Of a DNA stretch of 64,000 nt, positions 38,164-50,662 are shown piece by piece. A model generated the notes under the pieces. The model had not been told where the DNA came from and did not search any database. It was given only the letters and a program-made list of their open reading frames with translations. The stretch spans positions 62,001 through 126,000 of the forward strand of contig CBFFRP010000115.1 in NCBI GenBank assembly GCA_965644295.1. The letters run 5' to 3'. The position numbers were made by a program, and so were the translations under genes. Position 1 is the first letter of the stretch. Each line of letters begins with the position of its first letter. This stretch comes from Paraphysomonas bandaiensis (taxonomy: Eukaryota > Protista > Chrysophyceae).

Positions 38164-39450
38164 TAGACTAAACCATAGTCTGTAACCAATGATGATATAA
38201 AGTGGAATTATTACAACACTGAGCAAACCTATCACGGTACCCCTCCATTCTATAGTTTCCTTATTAGATAGAGTATCAGCATGTCTGTACAATTCACTAG
38301 CTAATGAGTTATAGAACTATAATAATCGATACTATTTGTATCTATCAAACTAATACAACATAACGCATGGAGTGTATTTTTCGAAGCACAGCCGAACGCA
38401 AACGAACTACCATCATGCCGATAAGGCCATATCTTATCTTTAATCTGCGAATAGAATATATCACGTACTGCAAACATCTTACCGTAGTCGGAGCACACAG
38501 GCACAGAATTGGTGGTAGACTTCGTAGAGGTGACCTATGATAAGCATTGAACAAGGCGGCATATTTCTTGCCATTCTTGGTATAATACTGAACTAAGAGT
38601 TCTTTACGCTGTTGATTCCACAGTCCATTCCACTGTCCTCGCTTATTGACACGTTTACGAACTTCACGAGTGAGTGCTTTGAAGCGCTGTGGATTCACAG
38701 CTCTGATATATCTTACTTTCTTCCTTGCAAGCCCTTCTCTTGCAGCTTCATCATGATAATACGGGTCGACTATCTATTAAAAATTTTGTTGTCACAATTT
38801 CCATGAATTGTATGCCAAGAGAATCAATCCTTGGATAGCAATCCCTCAAGTGATCTCAGTACCATATAAGTTGCTCTCAGCAAAGGTCGCGAATGACGTA
38901 TTACACGTTCTGGGGTATGTTGTTCTCCATAAATTCGAATCCAAATTGCAAGAGGCTTATATATAGAACACAATGAAAGCAAAATTACTGCTCCACAGTC
39001 ATATTATCTCAAGTCGGCAGGGTGAATATCCTGTGCTATTTTCGTCACAAGGGATACTGTAACAAAATTAAAGAGTATCTTGAGGAAGCTGAAAGTGCGC
39101 AAATAAAACGTAGGGTATCGATCTGCATCAACCGTATGAGGCAGATGGAATGACACATTGGCTAAATCAATTGGTGTCCAACGCCCAGTGATCTCTATTT
39201 CCTGAGCACGCTCTGAGTTTCATGTCGCGTCATCTTCATCGTTGCAAAAAGAGAACCAGGTTTGCGCTTTCTAAATGCTATGTTAAACTATGAGTGAATG
39301 GAGAATATAATGAACTTACCAGCGAAGTGTGAAGTGTGGTTCACAGTTCACACTATCTGATTTTGACTGCTTTTATGACAGTTATTTTATGTATGAAAAT
39401 CGACGTTATTTTCAGTATGGTTACAGACTATCAGACTATGGTTTAATCTA
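38164..39450 (-). mobile_element. Internally deleted TIR DNA transposon with piggyBac-like transposase remnant
   Basis: TIRs TAGACTAAACCATAGTCTG(TAACCA) / (TGGTTACAGACTAT)CAGACTATGGTTTAATCTA. Minus-strand fragments IYKPLAIWIRIYG, ILIDS..YYHDEAAREGLARKKVRYIRAVNPQRF and PVCSDYGKMFAVRDIF follow the order of piggyBac DDD motifs; stops and frameshifts present. Confidence 0.65.
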
Positions 39451-39777
39451 ATGCTAATATATAATATAGCTAAGTTAGCTATTGAAGCGATATTCTTAAT
39501 GACACTATAAATGGGCCAATACCAGGCCCTTGACTACTATGTTGTGCTGCTTGAACCAACTCGACTAACTAATAGATGTATAACTGCGATATTGAAATTT
39601 ATATACACCAACTTAGATGTGAAAATGTAATTACCGACAATAAGGCTCGCTTCCCTCCTGCCGATATTTTTCTATATATAGCTACATAGTTTTCAAAGAG
39701 TGTCTTGTTAACTTATTGATATAAGATTAACTGGCTTGCTACTGGTGCGATACTTTGACAAAATGTGTAGACCCAAG

Positions 39778-42700
39778 TTATGCTTTCTCTGAGCCAATGA
39801 CTTTGAGTACCTCCATAGCTGCATGCGTTATTCTAGTACCAGGCCCAAAAATGGCGACAGCTCCTGCAGCAGTTAAGAAGTCATAGTCTTGTGGAGGGAT
39901 AACTCCACCACATATGACCTTGATATGACTTCCCCCACACTACAGAAATTGATGTTATATACATTTGTAATATAGTCAAAACATTACAGAGTTTTCATCA
40001 TCAGTCTATGATCACGACATCAATGCAGGCAGCAACTGAATGTACCTCTTTTAGAGCCTTCATCAGTGCAGGGACAAGGGTCTTATGGCCTGCAGCTTGA
40101 GAACTAACGCCAATTACGTGAGCATCCGCGTCAATTGCTTGCCTAGCAACCTCCTCTGGAGTACTGAATAGAGGTCCAACATCGACATCGTAGCCCATAT
40201 CAGAAAATCCGGACGCAATAACCTGGATAAAAGAACATCAAAAGTATCACTAACATCAGTTTGAGCACATCAGCAATATAAAATTTGAAGGGTACACAAG
40301 TACTGTCAACTCAAACAAAATATTAATAACTGTCGTGCACATTACCTTGGCCCCTCTATCATGACCATCTTGGCCCATTTTTGCAACCAGAATCCGAGGC
40401 CTCCTACCTTCGCGCTTCTCAAATGCGTCAACCGCTTTAAGGACAGAATCGTATTCGTCGACTCCGCCAGCCTCATTAAAGGTGGCACTGTAGGCCCCCT
40501 GCACCACTCTTGTGTAGGCTACATGACGCCCCCATACCTATAAACACCGTATGGTTACAGTATACCCAGAAAAATAATGAAACTGCAGGATAGGACATAT
40601 CTAAATCATCAAATGTTAAGTAGTAGTATATGGAGGACGCTCCCATATCATAGTAATATTCCACCACAAGTGTAAGTTTCACAAGAGGTGTCATAACCTT
40701 ACCTTCTCAAGAGCCTCTGTGATTTCTCCAAGGGTAGCCCTGACTTTAGCCGCCTCAACAGACAACTTCAGTAGGTTATAATCGTGGTTTCCATCGCAAG
40801 TACCACCATTCATTTTGGCGCTCTCTGTAAGCTTATCTAAAGCGGCTTTAACCTGTATACAGGAGTGGATACAGTTATATACAAGCTACATTATGATAGA
40901 AAATGCTAAACAGCTTTCACATGGTGCGAGCATGTAGGAACACTAGAGCAAAAAAAAAGTACTACCTTAGTTTCGTCCCTATTAGCTCTTAGCTGTCTCA
41001 GTTTCTCAGTCTGAGAAGCCCTAACAGTGGCGTTATCTATGGACAGTACATCGATGTCCTCCTCCTGCGGGAGCTTGTATTTGTTGATTCCAACAATCGT
41101 TTCTTCCCTAGAATCGATTCTGGCCTGTCGATAAACAGATATTATCCATTGAACGTTATGGCGATGTATACGACATAAGAAATATAATATACAATCTACA
41201 GTAGTATCTATATATTACCGGGCACACATATATCAGAACACTTATACACCTGTTTCCTGGTTGCTGATTCCTCAATGCGTAGCTTGGCCATACCACTCTC
41301 AATAGCCTTGGTCATGCCACCCATGCCCTCGACCTCATTAATGATTTCCATCGCAGCATCAGCCAGTTCAGTGGTAAGTGATTCCATCATGTGAGATCCG
41401 CCCCATGGATCAGCCACCTATACAGTGGATAAAATCACACTAATAAATGTAAGAAAGCATAGCTACCTTGGTAATATGGGTTTCTTCTTGCAAAATCAAT
41501 TGGGTATTTCTTGCGATTCTAGCACTGAAGTCAGTCGGTAAACCCAATGCCTCATCGTAACTATTCGTATGTAGTGACTGAGTCCCTCCCATGACAGCGG
41601 ACATGGCCTCAATAGTGGTCCTCACTATGTTGTTATAAGGGTCTTGAGCTGTGAGAGAATAACCAGATGTTTGGCAGTGGGTTCTCAGAAGCAAAGATTT
41701 AGGGTTCTTGGCACCCATTTCAGCCATTAATTTCGCCCATAACATACGAGCAGCTCTCAACTTGGCGATTTCCATATAGAAGTTCATGCCTATAGCAAAG
41801 AAAAACGATAATCTTGGAGCTACTTTATCAATGTCCAATCCTGGATCAAGAGCAGAAATTAATGTCATAGGAGAACAGGGTAATCACAATGTATAAAGTA
41901 CATAATATGTTCTAGATTAAAAACAGCTTCGACGGTTACACAAAGAGGATAAGTCTATGCGGCAGGGCACCTGCTTCTTTGGCAGCTCTGACATATTCAA
42001 CTCCGTCGGCAAGAGTAAATGCTAGCTCTAACTTAGAATCTGCTCCAGCCTCTTGCATGTGATAACCTGACGGAATACGGATGTAAATTTCTCAAGTAGA
42101 ACTCATGAAATAGGAGCACACGATTACATATATATCGTATATCGCGCTTATGAACACAGGCTACATGTATTTACTATGTATATTCCGAAGAGCACATAAA
42201 AATTAGCACCTGAAATGGAAATGCTGTTAAATTTGGGCATATATGTGCTGGTGTATCCAAAAATGTCTTGGATAATCCTCATAGAATGAGCGGGTGGATA
42301 TATGTATGTATTTCGAACCATGAACTCCTGTAGGTCATGTTGTCAGAACCATATATGACGGAGGATATACAATGCGATTTAGAACGCTAATAGCCTATGC
42401 ACCAATGTACAACGCAAGAAGATATTACACGTAACACCACAAATATTATACAGACTTTGAGAATATCATTCTGGATTGTTCCCGCAAGCTGCTCATGGCT
42501 AGCCCCCATTTCCAGAGCTGTCACAATGTAGAAAGCAAGTACTGGCAGTACAGCCCCATTCATCGTCATCGAGACTGAAACCTAAATATATAGACAACAG
42601 AAATGTCATATACATTATACAATTCCGATTCCAAGATCTACTATAAAAGTATGTAACACTCACTTTATCCAATGGAATGTCCTTGAAGAGTATCTTCATG

Positions 42701-43319
42701 TCTTCCACAGAGCTAATCGGCACTCCGGCCATTCCGACGTCACCAGACACTCTAGGATGATCGGAGTCGTAGCCTCGATGAGTAGCTAGATCGAAAGCCA
42801 CTGACAAACCCTGCTGACCCGCGGCAAGGTTACGCTTGTAAAACGCATTTGATTCTTCGGCAGAAGAGAAGCCCGCGTACTGACGGATAGTCCAAGGTCT
42901 AGCCGTATACATCGTGGCGTAGGGTCCACGTTTAAATGGGAACACACCAGGGGCTTCGGCGGATTCCGAATCACTTCCTATTAAAGCAATTATCATTCCT
43001 CAATTCGAGTGGTGGTTCCACAGGGGGTATGATCAGTAGTCATAATTACAATCACGGCAAATGAGCGACTCCTCAATCAAATACATGTACATATATACAT
43101 ATGCAATACATCACAGTACCCAGCACCATATCATATACTTCAATCAACCCCACCTGTATATAAAGGCTTCAATGTCACGCCTTCAGGAGATTTCCATTCC
43201 AAACTAGCGGGGTCTTTGTTTTTTAACTCTTTTCTAGCTAGTTTTTCCCATTCAGCGGGGTAAGACATAGCACGCACCATGGAGTGGTGACGGCTCACAG
43301 TGCGGGTGATTCGAATCAT
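39778..43319 (-). CDS. MMUT: Methylmalonyl-CoA mutase, mitochondrial (adenosylcobalamin-dependent), multi-exon
   Basis: Targeting-like N-terminus [12 protein letters not shown]; [94 protein letters not shown] (DxHxxG B12 motif); ends AIFGPGT..SEKA*. Confidence 0.98.
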
Positions 43320-43519
43320 TAGTGAATCAAAATTAATTATTTGGAGACACAATATTCCACCAGAGCCGTGAATAGTAAGAACTATGAACAAGTTGGAGAA
43401 TGACTGTGTTGGGTTGGAGCTCGGCGTGTTGTTGGCATGATGGTGCGATGATGGCTATACTGTTGAATAAATACGTAATATAATGAAGTTGGAACTGAAA
43501 TCTCCTCAAGATACTGTTT

Positions 43520-43700
43520 TTACCCAATTGTATATAGAAGAGCTAAGCTGATTGGTGGAATTGAAAGCTGTTGATGAGAAAAAGTACAGAACTGAAAACG
43601 TTTGAAGATACTCTATGCATCCAATCAAAATTCGCTAAATAGAAACAATAGGAAAAAATCAACTCCTGCATATGAGAATGGTGTGTAGGCAATTGGTATG
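43520..43700. promoter_or_regulatory. Putative bidirectional promoter MMUT/SmB with CCAAT boxes on both strands
   Basis: GCTGATTGG at 43547-43555 and CCAATCA at 43621-43627 within the ~606-bp divergent gap. Confidence 0.45.
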
Positions 43701-43925
43701 TATACACTGTGACTATTGCTGCTCCTCGTAGTTACTAACATGCTTAGAGTATAATCTCCCATATATCACTCTACATTTCCAGCTGTGCTAGTTATCTACC
43801 TATTCATTTGCTTTGGCTAATCTTTGGATTATTCACAAGCAAATAATTTTTTGATTCGTCGTTAGACAATATATAATTTGATCCCTCTGTCTGTGTTGTT
43901 GTTGCTTTGTTGAATATTTTCCAAG

Positions 43926-45081
43926 ATGTCAATGGCCAGGAGCTCCCGTATGCTCCATTACATTAACTACAGGATGCGTGTGGTGTTACAAGACTCGTAA
44001 GTGCATGACATGTTTTTATAAATGTACAATATAATACAATGACATGTTTTGATATTTCTGTGCGATGGAATGTTTGTATGTTTGTATCGTATAAGTTAGT
44101 ACAATCCACTCCATTGCCCTGACGATATATTACACATAGACGCACTCTGGTAGGCACATTCATGGCGTTCGACCGCCACATGAATATGGTATTGGGAGAT
44201 GCCGAAGAACACAGAAGAATTAAATCCAAGAAAGGACAAGGTAACTAAATTTCCCATACATAGTAATTTTGCAATTACGTTATCATGTAATACTTCGTCG
44301 ACTGTGTGTATTTTAACATTGAGTGTTCCAGGAATTAGCGAAGAAAAAGAAGAGAAGCGTGCTCTTGGTCTTGTGATCTTGAGAGGTGACTGCGTAGTTT
44401 CAATGTCTATTGAGGGACCTCCCCCACCTGAAGACGACGAGAAGTTGATTCCAGGTTAAAATATATGAATGCCTATTTGCTAGTACTAGTTGTGAATATC
44501 ACGAATACCTTTTACTTATCTGCTGGCTTAATATGTAGGTGGACCTGGTGTAGGCAGAGCAGCTGGGCGCGGTCTACCAATGAATCCCCTTTCTGGAGCC
44601 CCCGTTGGATTAGCGGGTCCTGTAAGTGGGGTCGGTGGACCTGCTGCATCCATGATGGCTCCCCCAGTACAAGGTGTGTAAATCCTTTTATTGTATATAT
44701 ACAATATTCTAACTTTAAATGTATGCAGTGGCTGCTCAAATGGGCGCTCAACAGTTCCCTAGACCCAATGCCCCTCCGCCTGGCATGCCCCCTAGAGGTC
44801 CCCCCGGTACGAATTTTTCTAACTTTTAATATGTTGTCTAATTTTTATCGGGTTATAGGCATGCCGCCTGGTATGGTGCCTCCAGGTATGCCTCCAGGAA
44901 TGATGCCACCAGGTATGATAGTTGTACGCACGGAATGCAGTAGTGCCTAGCAATATCTTCTCGCCCCCGCATCTAATGAGAGTTGTATGTAGGCATGCCT
45001 CCTGGTATGATGCCTCCTCCTCCTGGTATGGGTGCCCCACCTAGAGGCCCTCCCCCGGGACATGCCCCACCTCGTGGATAG
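43926..45081 (+). CDS. SNRPB: Small nuclear ribonucleoprotein SmB, multi-exon
   Basis: [16 protein letters not shown]|[68 protein letters not shown]-rich tail; stop at 45079-45081. Confidence 0.96.
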
Positions 45082-45460
45082 AGATGCACGTTGCGTCGGG
45101 CATCTGCTATAGATATATGAAACAATGCATACGTTGGCTAGCTTGAGGTCGTATAGTGGCTAGTATTGGCTCTAGTGAATAACTCTTATTAAGAAGGAAA
45201 TTGCAGACAGATTTTTTGACTTAGCAGTGTATGATTTATGCACCTGTATTTGTTCCTTCGTTATATAACTTCACCAAGTCCTTTTAATATTAAACATCAG
45301 TCATAGTCATGAAACTCTATCCGTAGCTGCTTATGACGACATTTTATCCGTAGCCGAAGATGTACACACAAAACTCTTCTAATCTACTATCGCTTCCGCA
45401 AATAATAAATAACGCTTGCAAATATATAAAACTAATCCTTTCCGCATATATACTATATTG

Positions 45461-45626
45461 CAGGGCCTGGTAACCATTAATGGGCAATTAATAGTAATGC
45501 CACTATAATTGCCGGGACATTTTAAATTAATGCCATTATAATTGCGGGGACATTTTTCATTAATGCCATTATAATTGCCGGGAACTGGACAACCATTAAT
45601 GGGCCATTAATGGTTATCAGGCCCTG
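45461..45626. mobile_element. hAT-like MITE
   Basis: TIRs CAGGGCCTGGTAACCATTAATGG / CCATTAATGGTTATCAGGCCCTG; 8-bp flanks CTATATTG / CTATATCA; three internal ~32-bp repeats (TAATGCCA-TATAATTGC-GGGA). Related ends at ~52350-52455 and 63713-63732. Confidence 0.75.
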
Positions 45627-45993
45627 CTATATCAATTGAAAATCTGATTATTAAGAAGCGCAAGCTTGTGCGTTGCCGCGACCAACCTAACAACTCGCGC
45701 GACACTATGCATAACATGACTCTCATCTAGTTACTATTGCATGCACCGACAAGTGCTCAACTATACAACACGATTTAGTTAGCTACATGGGCATACGACG
45801 AGTTGTTTAAGCCGGATCATACGCTCCTGCCCAATCTACTTGTCCTAACACAAACAACTTGCGGTCGGTGTCTTCGGCATATGTCTCCTGTATATGAGGC
45901 AGATCTTTAGGGCCCTCTTCAAGGTGGTGTTCACAGCAGCAGGTAGTCTGGAAGGGAGAATAAAGTAGCTCTATAGCGACGGGTCCTCCCACG

Positions 45994-46380
45994 TGTAATC
46001 TTTCTGATGAGAAAGACCGTGTTTACAACGTTTTATATGAATTTAAAGTGCTTCCCAAACCGAGAATACACTGTCCAGAACACCAAACCGGTGAAACTGC
46101 CTCCTAACACAAGCAAACCGCGAGTATAGAATGAATTAAATTACGTTAAAACGTGTAAAGAAAAAGTGAAATCATACAACACTCTATCTTGCTGTGAATC
46201 ATCTACAGTTTACAGTATCATACTTGTACATATACGGGACTTATATCCCTTCAAGAATACAGTAACCGCAATGTATACTAAATAAACTGAAAATGAAAGT
46301 ACAACAGCATGCTACCTAGAGTACCGCAGTATAACACCGTATAACTCCACGTATAACAGTAACTACAGGTATGCGTGACA
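45994..46380 (-). repeat. 3' LTR
   Basis: 387 bp, TGTAATC...GTGACA on the plus strand; identical to 50663-51049. Confidence 0.95.
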
Positions 46381-46398
46381 CTACCCCTTCTCCCTCCA
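46381..46398 (-). other. Polypurine tract (PPT)
   Basis: Minus strand TGGAGGGAGAAGGGGTAG immediately before the 3' LTR TG. Confidence 0.9.
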
Positions 46399-46635
46399 GC
46401 TAGAGAAAAGAAATAGGAATACATATCTGGGATAGATAGAAGTAACACTTGTATCAGCCAATATAGCGTCATTCCAAGCATTAGCAAATAAATATCCAAT
46501 TCATGAAATAAAAGTAATAAACATACGTAGAGCAATATTATATAATAATAAGTATGAATAATAGTATGAATGTTATAATATATATATGTGATATAATCAT
46601 GAAATAAATATTAAATAAATAAAAGTAATCAACAA

Positions 46636-47815
46636 TTAGAGAAGAATAGTAGGATATTGTTGGCAGAATGCAGCATCCACCAATACCTTAGTAGAAGGAT
46701 CAAATTCCGTGACTCGACCATAGCAGTGAACGTCATAGGCACTCCATTCATATGTAGATTGAAACAAAGGGCAATAGAGGTCTATACGTAACTGGCGACG
46801 GCCAACCCACCGCACATAAGAACATTCGACAACATACATCGTTGTATAACAATTCGGCAGATTAAGTTCATCATAGAAATCTGAACCCCATGCACGCAAA
46901 TCTACATAAATTGTTTGACCAGGTGACACCCCTTCGATAGGTATACGTTTCAAACGTGCACGTTCAGATTTTGCCATAGCAGCAGAAAACAACAGAGGGA
47001 ACAATTGAGGTTTCTGCTCACAGAACGACTGAAATTGCGAGGTGGAAGCAATATCCTGTGACCATGGAAGCCATAATAACGAACCATCCTCAAACTGAAC
47101 TTGGAATTCCATTCGAGAACGAACCTCCGGATCTCCTCGGTATGCAATCACAGCAACCACAGTATACTGGTTAAAATCAATTTGCGCAACACGATATGCC
47201 TGCTCAGGCGTACCAAAGAACGGTTTGAGCCATGACATGTGCTACACAACTTCAAAACGCATCACAACATGCATGCATGTGACATCAGCCTTATACGTGG
47301 ATACCACTTCGTAAGGACCTTTGAAACGAGGGTATAATTTATTGGGCTTGTGCTGAGTTGGATCCAGCCGCAACAAAACTAAATCACCAGGCTGATATTC
47401 GTTCAAAGTATGTGCAGGCGTGGCAGACTTGCGCTTGTCTTGGATCTTGCGCTGAACATCCATGGCAACCGCTCGAATCTTCTGTAAGTTCTCATTCAAA
47501 ATAGACACATAACCCGCAGCAGAAGATTCATCCATAGTCAGTTCACCCAAACGAAAATATGGAATATCAACGGTACCAAACACATATTGAAAAGGAGAGA
47601 GTCCAGTCTCACTACTGACTTCATCATTCAAAATGAACTGAATCAACATGTAACACTCAATGTCCCCCCATGAATCTTGCAACCTCTCATCGTGGACTAA
47701 ACCCTGTAGAAATCACAACAGCTCTCGATGAGATCGCTCGACCATATTAGACTCATGACGATTAGTTAATGACACTCGAAATCGAACTTCAAACCACTTC
47801 AATAGAAACTCCTCA
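46636..47815 (-). pseudogene. Integrase core/C-terminus + GPY/F module + chromodomain-like region, with two in-frame stops
   Basis: One frame reads ..HESNMVERSHRELL*FLQG..ETGLSPFQYVFG..PNKLYPRFKGPYEVV..VV*HMSWLKPF..YTVVAVIAYRG..MEFQVQFEDGSLLWLPW. TAG at 47244-47242 separates the two listed ORFs in frame. Confidence 0.85.
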
Positions 47816-49966
47816 TAGAACCCAGCACTCACGAAGACCAATAATAGCAGTAGATTCAAAAACTAATCCCATCCACACAATAGCAAGATAAGCCCTCGGA
47901 TAACGCCTTAACATCAATCTCTGTAGTTCCAGTCGGGAAAAACTTAACATGACAAATTGCATCCTCGCATCAACTACAGAATTCACTTGTAGTTAAATAG
48001 AATACCACAGTGAAATTAAAAGATACTGAATTCTCAAATGCTCATAAGATTTTGGATTAACCTTTGCCTTATATATCCAATATAACCAAATGAGAATTAC
48101 GTAGAGCCACTAATGGTCATGTAAATAGATTCCGCACTCAATGACATTAACCACAAGTATTTGATCATCATAAACTTCACGCAATTCAATTGTAGGAAAT
48201 ACGCTTCAACTCAAACACTTGTTCATTTCACCCGCCATTAGACACAATTGAATTTCCGTGAATACAAGTCCGAAGTGAATCAGAGAGACACTAACCTTAG
48301 GACTGAATAACACTCCACCAAATACTCGCAACAGCCAAGTTGAGCAAGTCTTAGCTTAAACCTTGTTGTACCCAGACATACTACAACAACGTTGTAAAAC
48401 TCTTATTTCATTCATCATAAACAATAGAAGCGAGTTCACAAAGAAACTTAATTAATCCACTATTCCGAATTTGAATCCATAATATTAACTCAAATCTCTC
48501 GTACCACCCTTTTGCAAGAAGAGACACACACAACTGGAAACCGTAAGTGTCTTACAACCCATTTTGACAACTGAATCTGAAAGTAATCAACCACCATCAT
48601 CCATGTATTTGTGCACCAAACTCTACTTTGACATATCTTATTTTGTACAATAATTGTAATTCATCCTCTCGATTTTAGAACGAAACAATATTTGATTAAT
48701 GAAAATATCACCGGACCAATCAATAACCACCCCAATCAAAACATCATTCATCTCATTCTGAATATATACGAACATAGTGCACTGGTCTTATATTTCAGTA
48801 ACCATACGTAACGATTTCCCTCAGATACAACATTATAATATTGTAAACAATAGAATGATCCACTCAACGCAATCTCATTGAAAAGAATCCAACAATAGAA
48901 ATATCAACTGAAATAACAACAAGCTCGCAAAGTAATAACTCCCATTTTTAGTCTCGAAGTTAACCATCACTAGCATATATAATTCTTTCGCATGCAATAG
49001 TATTATCAACACCATACCTCCAAATATCATTGACACTTAACCATCGATCTCATACCCGATGCATAATACAGTCGAACAATTGAAAAATACCAGCGACAAA
49101 GTTTTCAAAATTTCATTGACATGTTGTATCACTGAACCATATTCACTTCAACGTAACAGAAACTTCAATTTCGAACAACTTTCATTCAACAACTAACCAT
49201 GAATTTAGACAAGTTAATTCGTTGCATTTATGGATACCATATATTCAAATTCAATCCCATTGCAGATCCAAAAAAAAAACTGAGTAACCATTTTATAACC
49301 ATCAACAAGACAATGAATATCTCAAACTCCTTCCTGTGTCCATTCATTCTCTTTAATACAAAATGCAAAGCACACTGAAAACATATTGCTCCAAATATAC
49401 TTTCCTCATACTGAAATTACAACATCAAAATTTACATTCTGTTCACATAGAGGCAATCGCGTTCATTAAAAAACTGTTTACTTCCTCTGAAATTATACTT
49501 TCGTATATGAATCATATAGTATTGCAAAACTTATCCAAACCATACATGACCCTTGCAAAACTATAACAATAATTGCTTGCCATTGATGTTGAAACCATAC
49601 CATTGATATTGAACAACTCTTTGCAGACTTTTTACCAATCTCAGACAATACTGTCATTCATTGAAACTTGATAAATTCACTGAAACCCATTCTTATACAT
49701 TGAACTTAAAACCGAATTATTCTCTCGTAGTAGTCAGTATCACACAGGACTATTGAGCATAATTTTAACTAGACATTATTGAATATGGATCACACTTCTC
49801 AAAAACTCAGAACTCTCATATTGTAACTCCTATCACAACGGTAAGGCTCACAACAACCTCAATCCATTCCGAAATAAAATGAATAAAACCATGATAAATA
49901 TTGCATCATCATAAATAATAAGATGAACTTTGAAACAAAAGACACTTGCTGGATTTGGAATTGAAC

Positions 49967-50614
49967 TTACTGAATTAATGGCGGCCCTGGCCCATGCTCC
50001 GCAATAAACACAAGATTTGAAAGCAATAAACTCAAACTCTTGTTCAACGTAAGAAACTGAAAAACGTAACAAGCTGCATCTTGCTTTATCAGCATAAACA
50101 AGGAATATTCAAACACCGAATAATTGAACACTGAAAAAGGTACGACTGACATGCGCTCGATTACATCTGTAGCATCATTGGCAGTAGTCTCTTTTCCAAA
50201 GGAATTTGGAATTACCATTTCAGGATCAATGGCAACATGCTGCATAACAACTTGAGAATTATCAACAAAAATCTCAGCCTCGAATGACTCTGACTGAACG
50301 TCCTGCTGCTCAACAAATTCCAACATATCATTGACAACATTCTGCACAATACAGTTCTCATCGGTTCTGTTCTGAAGTAGATCTGAATTAGCTGGAATCG
50401 CTCGTCTTGAGGAACGTCGAGACTCCAACTGCTGCAATCTTTGTTCGAACATTTCGAAATGAAGATCGATGGACTCAAAACGCTTGTTCAGCTGCTCTTG
50501 TTGTTCAGCAAACCGCTGCTTTTGTTGAGCAAACTGTTCATTTTGTTCAGCAAACCGCTGCTGAAGGAACTCCATAATCTTTGAAACCTCTTCTTCCGAA
50601 CTCATAGTCGACAA
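49967..50614 (-). pseudogene. gag-like N-terminal coiled-coil ORF of the LTR element
   Basis: First ORF after the 5' LTR; coiled-coil QQRFAEQNEQFAQQKQRFAEQQEQL. Assignment is by position only; the following ~2 kb have no long ORF. Confidence 0.45.
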
Positions 50615-50662
50615 TAATATAAATAAACAATGTTTCTTTCTATCCGACTAAAGTATTAATAC

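Noticed and set aside
42978-43153. Cobalamin riboswitch or C/D snoRNA in MMUT intron 1
   Set aside because: Only scattered short motifs; no GGGAA/B12-box architecture, canonical C box or recognisable guide.
45807-45992. VLGQVDWAG as a copia RNase H (DADWAG) remnant
   Set aside because: Single weak motif with no supporting neighbours.
45999-46016. CTGATGAG in the LTR as a hammerhead core
   Set aside because: It is a simple hairpin TCTTTCT-GATG-AGAAAGA, with no stem II/GAAA/stem III arrangement.
47239-47244. Programmed readthrough at the integrase TAG
   Set aside because: Context TAG-CAC-ATG is not a known strong readthrough signal, the stop replaces a normally conserved residue before HxSxLK, and a second stop lies upstream; simple decay is more likely.
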